Shown here: positions 8,173 through 17,399 of the stretch, piece by piece | Layout: the number at the start of each line of letters is the position of its first letter | How positions within the stretch are numbered: the stretch's first letter is position 1 | Source of the DNA: Parcubacteria group bacterium GW2011_GWC1_36_108 | GTDB taxonomy: Bacteria > Patescibacteriota > Minisyncoccia > Moranbacterales > GWC2-37-73 | Length of the DNA stretch: 64,000 nt | Assembly: GCA_000991245.1 (NCBI GenBank) | Contig: LBRD01000003.1 | Span: forward strand, 6,734 to 70,733 | Reading direction: 5' to 3' | The notes under the pieces: model-generated | The model's input: the letters and a program-made list of their open reading frames with translations, nothing else | What the model was told of the DNA's origin: nothing | Database searches by the model: none | Made by a program: the position numbers and the translations under genes

Positions 8173-9339
8173 ATGCGAATTTTATTCTTCAATTATGAAT
8201 TTCCACCGTTGGGTGGGGGAGCGGGAAATGCTTCTTTTTATTTGTTGCGCGAATATGCAAAAAATTCTGATTTGGAAGTTGATTTTGTGACAGCTTCAGT
8301 TGATGGGCAATATCATCTTTTGAAAATGGGAGAGAATGTTAATATTCATCGACTCCCGATTGGAAAAAATGCTGAAAATATTCATTATCAAACAAAGAAA
8401 GACTTGATTTTATACACTTGGAAAGCATATTGGTTTTCCAGAAAGTTGGCCAAGAAAAATCAATATGACTTGTCGCACTCATTTTTTTCTGTGCCTTGCG
8501 GAGCAATTTCATTGTTACTAAAATGGGAGTTCAAATTGCCATATATTGTTTCACTTCGTGGAAGCGACGTTCCTGGTTATAGTGAGCGATTTGTTGGGCT
8601 TTACAGGTGGATCACGCCGACTATTTTGAAAATTTGGAAAAATGCTTTTTTTGTGGTTGCCAACAGCCAAGGACTAAAAGAATTGGCAGTTAAATCTGAG
8701 CCGAAAAAAGAAATAGGTGTTATTTATAACGGCGTTGACGTCAAAGAATTTGTTGCTGATCCAAGCAAGCGCAATCCTGAGCACTTTACTATTATTTGTG
8801 TTTCACGTGTTACGCCGAGAAAAGGTATTCGTTTTTTGATTCAAGCTTTCAAGATGCTCTCTGGACGTTATGATAATGTGCAGCTTTTGATTGTGGGAGA
8901 TGGTAATGAAAAAAAATCACTTGAAGATTTGGTGCGAAGTCTTGAAATTGAAAACAGAGTTGAATTTGCAGGAGCGATTGATCACACAAATGTATTGGCA
9001 TATTATCAGCGAGCTGATGTTTTTGTGCTTCCGTCGCTTAATGAAGGAATGAGTAATGTGATGCTTGAAGCGTTGGCGGTTGGATTGCCAGTGGTTGCAA
9101 CTGATACGGGCGGTACCAAGGAACTTTTGACTGATAATGTGAATGGTTTGGTTGTTAAAATGAAAGATTCAAATGATTTGGCTGAAAAAATTGAAAAATT
9201 AATCGTGAATGATGAACTCAGAAAAACAATGAGTTTGGAGAGTCGCAAATTGGCGGAAAGGATGAGTTGGGAAAAAGTGGCAGGAGAATATGTTGAATTG
9301 TATAAAAAAATAGATAATTCGAGGAAGATGAAGGGGTAA
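8173..9339 (+). CDS. GT4 glycosyltransferase
   Basis: FPPLGGGAGN N-terminus. C-terminal LPSLNEGMSNVMLEALAVGLPVVATDTGG (E-x7-E region). Confidence 0.85.
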   Translation: MRILFFNYEFPPLGGGAGNASFYLLREYAKNSDLEVDFVTASVDGQYHLLKMGENVNIHRLPIGKNAENIHYQTKKDLILYTWKAYWFSRKLAKKNQYDLSHSFFSVPCGAISLLLKWEFKLPYIVSLRGSDVPGYSERFVGLYRWITPTILKIWKNAFFVVANSQGLKELAVKSEPKKEIGVIYNGVDVKEFVADPSKRNPEHFTIICVSRVTPRKGIRFLIQAFKMLSGRYDNVQLLIVGDGNEKKSLEDLVRSLEIENRVEFAGAIDHTNVLAYYQRADVFVLPSLNEGMSNVMLEALAVGLPVVATDTGGTKELLTDNVNGLVVKMKDSNDLAEKIEKLIVNDELRKTMSLESRKLAERMSWEKVAGEYVELYKKIDNSRKMKG

Positions 9340-9340
9340 G

Positions 9341-9476
9341 ACTCATTTCCACATTTCTTTTTCCCGCAAAAAGAAACCTGGAGGAAAGAAAAGCTCGCAC
9401 CGGATGAAGATACTGTGGCAAAAACTTCGTTCTTCACTAAAATTGGTGCAAAGGAATGCGGGATGCGGAATACAAA
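9341..9476 (+). repeat. mosaic repeat: module B (9341-9443) plus tail
   Basis: Near-identical to 6530-6632, starting 2 nt after the GT4 stop. The tail matches 5151-5175. Confidence 0.8.
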
Positions 9477-9480
9477 TCCA

Positions 9481-10413
9481 ATGAAAATATTGAATAATAA
9501 AATTGTGAAGTTTGTTGTAAAGTTAATAATCAGTCTTGCTTTTGTGGCTTGGTTGATTTTTGAGATTGATTGGTTGCAGGTTTGGGGGTATTTGAAAGAG
9601 CTTAGTCTTGTTTCGATTGTTTTATATGTGGCAGTGCTTCTTTTGGGGATGATGATTTCAGCTTGGAAGTGGAAAATGCTTTTGGCGCATAAAAATATTT
9701 CCATTAGTTTGAAGAAAAGTTTTCAACTTTATTTGACAGGCGCCTTCATTAATAATTTTATGCCCTCGACAATTGGAGGGGATACATATCGCGCATATCA
9801 AATTGGCAAAGACTCCAAAAGGTTTTCCGCGGTTAGTTCAAGTGTGGTTTTTGATCGTGTGACAGGACTTTTTGCAGTAATTCTTTTGACTGGGCTGATT
9901 GCGATTTTCCGGTGGAATGAAATTTCCAAATTTGCAGAATTGAAACTTGCTGTTATTGCTGTGCTTATCATTATGCACGCGATTATTTTTTTTGGTATTT
10001 TGACGAAGTTTTCTTTTTGGAAAAAAATTGCCGGCAAATTTCCAAAAATTGTGCAGGATTTTGCAATTGAGCTTGCACATTACAAAGAAGATGGGGCATA
10101 TTTGAGAGCAATTGGAATTTCAATTTTGTTCAGTGTTGTCGGTCTTGGATTGGTCAATTGGATTCTTTTTTCCGGACTTGGAATAACGGTGGGAATTTGG
10201 CAATATCTTTCAGTGATTTTTCTTATAAGCATAATTTCTGCTTTGCCAATCAGTATAAATAACATAGGGCTCAAAGAATGGGCCTATGTGACGTTCTTTG
10301 GTTTCTTTGGTGTTCCGGCCAGTGCTGTGGTTGCTGTGGCACTGATAAGCCGCGTGCTGCAAATGATTGTAAGTTTCACAGCACTGTCGATGTATTTGAG
10401 GAGCAAAAAATAG
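9481..10413 (+). CDS. flippase-like membrane protein (lysyl-PG synthase TM-region / UPF0104 family)
   Basis: Polytopic. Motif NNFMPSTIGGDTYRAYQIG. Start moved past the repeat-derived N-terminus of the track ORF. Confidence 0.65.
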   Translation: MKILNNKIVKFVVKLIISLAFVAWLIFEIDWLQVWGYLKELSLVSIVLYVAVLLLGMMISAWKWKMLLAHKNISISLKKSFQLYLTGAFINNFMPSTIGGDTYRAYQIGKDSKRFSAVSSSVVFDRVTGLFAVILLTGLIAIFRWNEISKFAELKLAVIAVLIIMHAIIFFGILTKFSFWKKIAGKFPKIVQDFAIELAHYKEDGAYLRAIGISILFSVVGLGLVNWILFSGLGITVGIWQYLSVIFLISIISALPISINNIGLKEWAYVTFFGFFGVPASAVVAVALISRVLQMIVSFTALSMYLRSKK

Positions 10414-10432
10414 TTTTGAATCTTTGTTCCTA

Positions 10433-13147
10433 TTAGTGAATTTCTTTTTCCAGATGGAATCCGTCTTTATTCCAAGTGAAATATGCCCAAGAGCCATTTG
10501 ATTTGCGAAATTCATCGATAATGTAATATTGAATGTTTCCTTGTTTTTCTTCGTGCCAAAGATGAGCTTCGCCGGAAATAGCCACGATTTCTTTTCCACT
10601 TTTTTCCAATAACTCTCTTACTTTGTCTCCATTGACGACATCATAAACTTTTTTTTGCGAGGTAAATTTGAACAATGGATGATCACTGAAGATAAGCACG
10701 CGGGAATGTTGCGTTGCGTTTATATCCGCAGAAAGCCAAGCCAATTCTTTTTCTAATATTTGCCCGCGATCACGAATACTCCATGAGCGGGTAATTTTTC
10801 TTGAATTATACATTTCTTGAAAAATAAAATTGAGAGCTTGTTTTTCTTCCGCGAGAGTTTTTTTCGAGTCAGTGTATTTCTGAGTGTATGTTTTAAATGA
10901 GATTTTGTTTAATTCTGAAAGACGATTTTCGATTAGTGTGCAATAAACATCCTCTTGGCAGGAAAGACCCATTGGTTCTCCTCCAAGAACTGTATCTAAA
11001 ATAATAATATGCAAATTTTTCAAATCAAAAGAATAGAATGTTTCATTTCTTTTGGTTGTTTCCAGCCAGTTTCGGTAGGATTTGACATTGCTTTCTATGT
11101 CATGATCTCCAAGAACAAAATGTGTCGGCAAGGCTGAATTTCTCAAATAATCGGCAACAAAGCGCGCATCCATATCTGCAGTTGTCGAGCAGCTTCTGAG
11201 ACGATGACTTGCATTATCTCCGAGACTGATTATAAAATCAGCTTTTTTTTCTCCACTAAAATCAATAAAAGCTTCAAGTTTTTCAGTTGAAACAGCTTCT
11301 CTTGAGGGACAGTGATCGATGTCTGTTATGATTGCAGCGCGCAGTTCATTATCGGAAATTTTTTTTATGTCTGACACCTTATTAAGGAGCGTTGAATTTA
11401 GGAATAAATCTTTCCATGAATGCATTTTTTCTATTGCTGAAAGTTGGCTCCTTTTTTGCATTGTTGTCTTGATATTGGCGTCATCTTCGATAGCAATTTT
11501 TGGTTTCAAATGCGTAACCTTCATTATCCCGAAATCTTTAATTTCAATAACATCAAAAAAATCAGAAAACTTTTCAGAATCGTTCTTTTTTTTGTTAGCA
11601 CTTAATTGTATTGAAAAATATTCTCCATTCTCACGTGGTTTTTCATTGTTAAATTCTTCAAAATAATTGTAGCCTTTATTTTGAAGAATAATCCAATATG
11701 TTGGTTCATATTCTGATTCTGATGAAATGAAAATTTTCGTGTTTTTGTTTGGAACTTGTTGTTCCATATAATCCGAAATTTTCTGATGTATGAATAGCGG
11801 AGTTCTATAATAATTGGGGAAGACATCTTCAGTTTCAATCTTAACCGCAACTTGCTGAGAATTTTTCAGTTGCCAAAAGCTGTCTGATATTTTTGTTGAA
11901 TTTATTATTACAATTAATAATGTAATCGTAATAATAAGGACAGTGTTGGTAAGTTTTTTTCTGAAAATTATTTTTTCAAATATTAGACCCAGAAGTATGA
12001 ACGCAAGTGGTGCAAGCACAAGATAAAACCTTGGGTATATGTACAATTTGTTTAAGGTTAAGGATATAAAATAAGCACTGCCGATGGATAGCCATAGTGC
12101 TGAAAGTATCAAAAAATCTTTTCTCTCTTCATTCTTTTCTTTTTTAATGTTCCACCCAAGAAGAAAAATGGATGTAATATATAAAAATAGTGCTGATAAT
12201 CTCCAGATGCGATCTTCTTTGCACGTGTTGCATAATATCCCCAGCGAATATCCATTTGGACGACTTGTGTTTATTCTGTCTTCTCCTGTGAGTATGAGAA
12301 AAAATTCTCCGGAATTGTAACGCAGATTCTGCACTATTTTTTCTGAAATATTTTTTTCTTCTGACTCTTCTTTTTCTTTCGAATTGCCTGAAATTTTTTC
12401 AATTAATAATTTTGAATTTGAAAAATCATATTTTAATTCATGCAATATAACAGGGGAATAGATGAGAATTGAAAATAAGACTGCATAAGCCCATGTTTTG
12501 ATGGGGAAGTGCGGTCTTTTTATTAGAAGAAAAATTACATATGCAGGGACAATAATAAAAAGACCGTTGAAATGCAATTGACTTATTATTGAAAGAATTG
12601 TTAATGAAGATATGAAAAAAACATCTCGTTTTTTTTCTTCGGGAGAAATGCTTCTTAGCAGTAAATAAAAGGTTGCTAGAACAAAAAAGGGTAAAACATT
12701 TGGATTCCAGGAAAAGCGAGCATATTGAATCAGATAAAATGAAGTGGCATATAAAGCCAGCAGCGATGCGGAAATTATTCGGGAAAAATAAAGACGCGCA
12801 AAAACAAGGAACAATGGCATAGCAGCAATAGCGAGAATTAAGTTTGGCGTGGCATGACCCTGTGGGGTGTTTCCAAAAATTTTTCCACCAAGATATTCAA
12901 TATAATAATATGCTGGTCCTATGCGCAATTCTTCTGCTCCAGCTCTTGGCCCAAGCAGCTTAAGATTTTCTATTCCATTTTGAATTGCGGGAGATGTTAT
13001 GAGATAATCATCTGTTTGATCGGTTTCAAAATGAATCCAATCGTTGAAATGATAAATTCGTAGAAATGAACCGGCAAGAATGATAAAAACTATGACAATA
13101 AGAAACCATTTTTTCTTCGTTAAGTCTAATATTTTTTTTGGGGTCAT
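10433..13147 (-). CDS. GT-C (ArnT/PMT-like) membrane glycosyltransferase fused to a C-terminal metallophosphoesterase domain
   Basis: The N-terminal ~400 aa are polytopic and paralogous to 15551..17344. The C-terminus has calcineurin-like motifs (DIDHCP, SLGDNASH, VLGDHDIE, IFSDHPLF, ISGEAHLWH). Confidence 0.7.
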   Translation of the reverse strand: MTPKKILDLTKKKWFLIVIVFIILAGSFLRIYHFNDWIHFETDQTDDYLITSPAIQNGIENLKLLGPRAGAEELRIGPAYYYIEYLGGKIFGNTPQGHATPNLILAIAAMPLFLVFARLYFSRIISASLLALYATSFYLIQYARFSWNPNVLPFFVLATFYLLLRSISPEEKKRDVFFISSLTILSIISQLHFNGLFIIVPAYVIFLLIKRPHFPIKTWAYAVLFSILIYSPVILHELKYDFSNSKLLIEKISGNSKEKEESEEKNISEKIVQNLRYNSGEFFLILTGEDRINTSRPNGYSLGILCNTCKEDRIWRLSALFLYITSIFLLGWNIKKEKNEERKDFLILSALWLSIGSAYFISLTLNKLYIYPRFYLVLAPLAFILLGLIFEKIIFRKKLTNTVLIITITLLIVIINSTKISDSFWQLKNSQQVAVKIETEDVFPNYYRTPLFIHQKISDYMEQQVPNKNTKIFISSESEYEPTYWIILQNKGYNYFEEFNNEKPRENGEYFSIQLSANKKKNDSEKFSDFFDVIEIKDFGIMKVTHLKPKIAIEDDANIKTTMQKRSQLSAIEKMHSWKDLFLNSTLLNKVSDIKKISDNELRAAIITDIDHCPSREAVSTEKLEAFIDFSGEKKADFIISLGDNASHRLRSCSTTADMDARFVADYLRNSALPTHFVLGDHDIESNVKSYRNWLETTKRNETFYSFDLKNLHIIILDTVLGGEPMGLSCQEDVYCTLIENRLSELNKISFKTYTQKYTDSKKTLAEEKQALNFIFQEMYNSRKITRSWSIRDRGQILEKELAWLSADINATQHSRVLIFSDHPLFKFTSQKKVYDVVNGDKVRELLEKSGKEIVAISGEAHLWHEEKQGNIQYYIIDEFRKSNGSWAYFTWNKDGFHLEKEIH

Positions 13148-13164
13148 AGATAATTTTTAATTCA

Positions 13165-15471
13165 TCAGTTATTTTTGTATAGATCGAAAAATTCTTGATC
13201 AAGCTTGATCACTTTTATGAAATTTCTAGGACGCCCGTTTATTTCCAGTTTGTAGACAACTTTTTCATCATCTCTGTCATAAAGAGTGTCAAAGCGAATC
13301 AAATCTTTTTTGATGGTCAAAGGAGTGACCATTTTTTTTGTTCGGGCAGATCTGCCAGCCGAAACGATTGCATAATCAAGATTGGCAGCTCGCAGTTTTG
13401 GATAGGCAAAACCAGAATAACATTTCGCCTTGAGAAAAGGGCAGACACCTTTTTTATCGGTCCATACTTGCAACTCCTCAGGATTTGGCAGGGAATTGAT
13501 GAATTGCGCAGCCTCGTAACTTCCAGTGCCCATATCCTTAAGGTCCGTGTAATATTTTTCAGGCAAAAGAGGGGAATCATAACTTATGAAAAATGGTTTG
13601 GCAAAATAAAGAGTGCCGATACCTAGGATTAGAAATAGTAATACGGTAATGTTTTTCTTGTCGAGTTTGTTTTTGATGAATTTTTCATAAAAAATACCCA
13701 TACCGATGCCGCCCAATATCATAGCCAATGGAAAGACCATAATTTGATAGCGATTCATTGCCGCAACTTTGTTAACGGTCGTTGCTAAATAATAGAGAAA
13801 GATAAAAAGAGAAAGGGAGAAAATGGTTGAGCTTGTTCTGGTGGGAATATTTTTTCCAAATATACTTATAATGGCGGCGAAAACCAGAAAGATTAGTGAT
13901 AATGGAGCTATGCTGAAAACTAATGGAAAAAAGTTTGCAAAGAACAGTCCATCATATCCACCCGTGGTGTAGGCTGATTTTGGGGAAGATATGATTGCTT
14001 CAAAATCATACCAAGACATATTCGTGTAAGTGTTGGCAAAAGTAAACGCGATAAAAAAAAGAAAAAGAGCTGAAATTGAAATGAGAAAAACTTTGCTGTA
14101 TCTGGAAAGAAAATTTAAAACATATGAAGATATTTTTCCACCTATTGCTGCAATGTCAATCAAGAGGAGTGCAAAAAAACCAGCGAAAATCGGCCAAGTG
14201 CTTTCAAAAGCCTGACTGAGCAATGTTCCCTCGAGAAGTCTTGAGGGCTTTATCCAAACTGCAGGAAACAAGACATAAAAAACCACCAATGAAACAAAAA
14301 AGAGAATGAGATAATCAGTGAGAGATTCTTTAATATATCTTTTGAGTGTCATTTTCGCATAGTTTGCTTTGTGGAAAACATATTCGACGAAAATCAGACC
14401 CAAGAAGAAAACGGAAAGAATATTGGCGACATATTTTGTCAGAAGTGCTAGTCCGAGCAATATTCCTGATAAATACAGATAAAAAGGAGTTCTTCTTTTT
14501 TGATAAACCAAAAAGGATAGCAGTGAAAGAGGTGCAAAAACCCAAAGGATAGCATCAGGATTTATGATGCTTGCCATCCCAATCAAAAGCGGAGAAAGAC
14601 CAATTGAGATATAGGAAAAAAGAGCTGTTTTCTTTCCTAAAAGTCTTTCCATAAGAAAATAGAAAAATGGAAGCATCAAGATGGTAAACAGTAAAATTGG
14701 AAATCTGAAAGTAAAATTCAATTTTTCAAAATCAAAACGATTAAGTTCGGTTCCTATCAATCCTCTGCCATAAGCCGATTTGTATGTTTTTGGACTTTCA
14801 AACAGGAGTCCTGCTCCCGAGATTATTGCTACCGTTATGCCCGGCTTGTCACTGATTTTTGTGTTTCGCCAATCTCTTTCCTTGAGATTTTTCCAATAAC
14901 TTGGAATTCGATCAAATGTCCAAAGTGGTTCATCAACTGCTCCAAATTTTGCCAGATTATATGTTCCAAGCCCCAAATTTGTCAGCATCACAGCAAAAAT
15001 AACAAACCAAGCAACTTTTCCTTGCAGTTTTGCCCATATTTTGAAAGATGAAAATGTGTTTTTGACCTCGTTCTCTTTCCATATGAAATTTCTTCTACCA
15101 ATCAGAAAGAATCCTGCTAGGATTACGTATAGTCCTGATGCGATATAAAAAAGATAATGAAAATCGGTTGATTGACTGAGACCATAAAGCATCACGAATT
15201 CTGCTGGCAAAAAAGTCAGCAACAACTTTTCAATGGTCAGTTTCAAGCTTGTTTCTTTGGTATAAAAAAAAGCGATGATTCCAAACGTCAAAACAATGAG
15301 TATGAAATATGCCAAATAGTGATTTGTCGTGCGGCTGGAAATGTTGAACATTGAAAGATTCTTTACCTCGCGGGAAATGAAAAACAATGTGTTTATAGTG
15401 AAGGCAAAAGACAGAAAAGTCAGCAGCGCATCAAGTGTATTTTTAGGAATATTATTCAAGAAATTTTTCAT
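13165..15471 (-). CDS. GT-C family membrane glycosyltransferase (PMT_2/ArnT-like)
   Basis: Many TM helices. The first ATG (15471) is preferred over the track's TTG at 15498. Confidence 0.6.
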   Translation of the reverse strand: MKNFLNNIPKNTLDALLTFLSFAFTINTLFFISREVKNLSMFNISSRTTNHYLAYFILIVLTFGIIAFFYTKETSLKLTIEKLLLTFLPAEFVMLYGLSQSTDFHYLFYIASGLYVILAGFFLIGRRNFIWKENEVKNTFSSFKIWAKLQGKVAWFVIFAVMLTNLGLGTYNLAKFGAVDEPLWTFDRIPSYWKNLKERDWRNTKISDKPGITVAIISGAGLLFESPKTYKSAYGRGLIGTELNRFDFEKLNFTFRFPILLFTILMLPFFYFLMERLLGKKTALFSYISIGLSPLLIGMASIINPDAILWVFAPLSLLSFLVYQKRRTPFYLYLSGILLGLALLTKYVANILSVFFLGLIFVEYVFHKANYAKMTLKRYIKESLTDYLILFFVSLVVFYVLFPAVWIKPSRLLEGTLLSQAFESTWPIFAGFFALLLIDIAAIGGKISSYVLNFLSRYSKVFLISISALFLFFIAFTFANTYTNMSWYDFEAIISSPKSAYTTGGYDGLFFANFFPLVFSIAPLSLIFLVFAAIISIFGKNIPTRTSSTIFSLSLFIFLYYLATTVNKVAAMNRYQIMVFPLAMILGGIGMGIFYEKFIKNKLDKKNITVLLFLILGIGTLYFAKPFFISYDSPLLPEKYYTDLKDMGTGSYEAAQFINSLPNPEELQVWTDKKGVCPFLKAKCYSGFAYPKLRAANLDYAIVSAGRSARTKKMVTPLTIKKDLIRFDTLYDRDDEKVVYKLEINGRPRNFIKVIKLDQEFFDLYKNN

Positions 15472-15550
15472 ATAAAAATGGTTGATTTCACGGTGCAATT
15501 GTAATATAATACCGGTGTGATCAATTTAATGTTTATACTTATCATTATAC

Positions 15551-17344
15551 ATGAATAATCCAATAGATAAAGAGTCTTTGAAGTCTTTGGTTGGGAGCAG
15601 ATTTTTTGTTGGAGCAATCTTGATTGCGATTTTGGCAGTTGGTGTTTTTTTGCGCGCATATAACTTTTCTGACTGGCAACATTTTGAACTTGATCAATCT
15701 CGCGATGCAAAGGTTATAGATTTGGCGGTGGAAAACGGAGTGGGGGATCTTCCTCTTTTGGGACCAAAGGCAGCGGGGTCATTTTTGCGTCTCGGTCCAA
15801 TATTTTATTATTTCGGTTATGTGAGCGCAAAAGTATTTGGTAACACGCCTTCTGGGATTGCTGTCATTTCACTCATTTTTTCTTGTTTAACGCTGCCCCT
15901 GTTTTATTTGTTTGTCAGAAGATTTTTTTCAAAAAAAATAGGACTTATGCTTCTAGGAGTTTTTTCCGTTTCAATTTTTCTTGTTCTGTACTCACGTTTT
16001 TCATGGAATCCTAATAATTTGCCATTTTTCATTTTGGGTGCACTTTATGGTCTCCTTCGTGCAACGGATGAGAATGAAAAAAGAAAAGGCTGGTGGTTGA
16101 TTGTAGGAGTTGTTTCTTTGACTATTGCAACTCAACTTCACTTTGTGGCTTTTTTGGGCTTGCCGATGATTGCCGTCGCGTATCTTCTAATAAAAAGACC
16201 TTTAATAAACTGGAAATATTGGCTGGCTTCTATCGCATGCATTGTTTTTTTGTATATTCCTTCGATAATAAATGATTTCAAGACAGGTGGTTCAAATATT
16301 ATTGAATTTGAAAAAGTGTTCGCAAAAACATCCACCAAGGGCGAGCATACTCTTGTTGAAAAAATAATAAGAAACATCGACAAGAGTTCGGCTGGATATG
16401 TCTTGCTGATAAGTGGAAATTCACAGGCCGAATTGCCAAAGGTGAAGATTCCAAGAATACGACCAATTTTTACATGTGATGAGGATTGCAAAAAAGGTGT
16501 CCCAATGGGAATTTTTTCACTATTCTTTGCTATTATTGGAAGTGCACTTTTGGGTTGGAATATTTTCAAAACAAAAGAAACTTCGCGCAGAGATTTTTTG
16601 ATCATCGTGGCTATTTGGGTATTGGTTACGCTGGCACTTTTTACTCCGATTTCATATGATATGGCTCCAAGATTCTTTCTGCTGGTTGCTCCGATCCCAT
16701 TTGTTTATTTGGGGCTTATTTTGGATTTTTTTGAAAAAAGAAAAGCCAGTGTTCTTTCTTGGGTTTTCGTTTTGATTCTCTTGGCTTCAAATGGCTGGCT
16801 TGTTAAAGAAAGATTTAGCGAACTTGCAAATGCTCCCGTTAAAGAATTTGAGATATCTTCGGACAAAATTCTCAAAGAAAACGAACGAGTAACCCTTGAG
16901 CAACAGCTTCTGATTACCAAATATATTGAAAGTATTTATAATCAAAACAACTTTCCAGTTTATGTTAATAGTGAGGCATTTTATCGCAGATCATTTTTGT
17001 ATCATCTGGAACAACGTTTGATAGTTCGCGATGATTTTCGCAATACCAGAAGTGTTTATTCTGAGGGAAATTATTTTTTGGTGTATCCATCTTCTTCAAC
17101 TGTGGAAAAAATTTATGAAAATTATCAGGATAAATATGATATTGCTGAAATCAAGGAATTTGGCACGCTTAGAGTTGTGCGCTTGCTTCCAAAATTGCAA
17201 ATGATAACAGCGGTGCGTCAGGAATTTGCTCCAGCAAGAAAACCAATCAGCGCTCCTGGCGTGCCAGTGCGTTGTCGTTGGAATGAAATTTTTTCCCAAT
17301 GTAATAGTGACGGAACGGAGGCGGAGGATGAAAGTAGTTTATAA
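15551..17344 (+). CDS. GT-C family membrane glycosyltransferase (ArnT-like)
   Basis: FLRAYNFSDWQHFELDQSRD...LLGPKA...GPIFYY, paralogous to the N-terminus of 10433..13147. Confidence 0.7.
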   Translation: MNNPIDKESLKSLVGSRFFVGAILIAILAVGVFLRAYNFSDWQHFELDQSRDAKVIDLAVENGVGDLPLLGPKAAGSFLRLGPIFYYFGYVSAKVFGNTPSGIAVISLIFSCLTLPLFYLFVRRFFSKKIGLMLLGVFSVSIFLVLYSRFSWNPNNLPFFILGALYGLLRATDENEKRKGWWLIVGVVSLTIATQLHFVAFLGLPMIAVAYLLIKRPLINWKYWLASIACIVFLYIPSIINDFKTGGSNIIEFEKVFAKTSTKGEHTLVEKIIRNIDKSSAGYVLLISGNSQAELPKVKIPRIRPIFTCDEDCKKGVPMGIFSLFFAIIGSALLGWNIFKTKETSRRDFLIIVAIWVLVTLALFTPISYDMAPRFFLLVAPIPFVYLGLILDFFEKRKASVLSWVFVLILLASNGWLVKERFSELANAPVKEFEISSDKILKENERVTLEQQLLITKYIESIYNQNNFPVYVNSEAFYRRSFLYHLEQRLIVRDDFRNTRSVYSEGNYFLVYPSSSTVEKIYENYQDKYDIAEIKEFGTLRVVRLLPKLQMITAVRQEFAPARKPISAPGVPVRCRWNEIFSQCNSDGTEAEDESSL

Positions 17345-17392
17345 AGTTTGTAAAGTTATAAAGTTCATAAAGTTTATAAAGTTCATAAAGTT
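17337..17392 (+). repeat. 9-bp-period array (GTTTATAAA/GTTCATAAA x6)
   Basis: Direct reading. It generates the fake KFIKFIKFIK N-terminus of track ORF 17226. Confidence 0.75.
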
Positions 17393-17399
17393 AAAAAAT

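Noticed and set aside
17226-17399. N-terminal extension of the GT-C gene containing KFIKFIKFIK
   Set aside because: It is a translation of the 9-bp word array. The real start is the ATG at 17400, followed by a TM helix.
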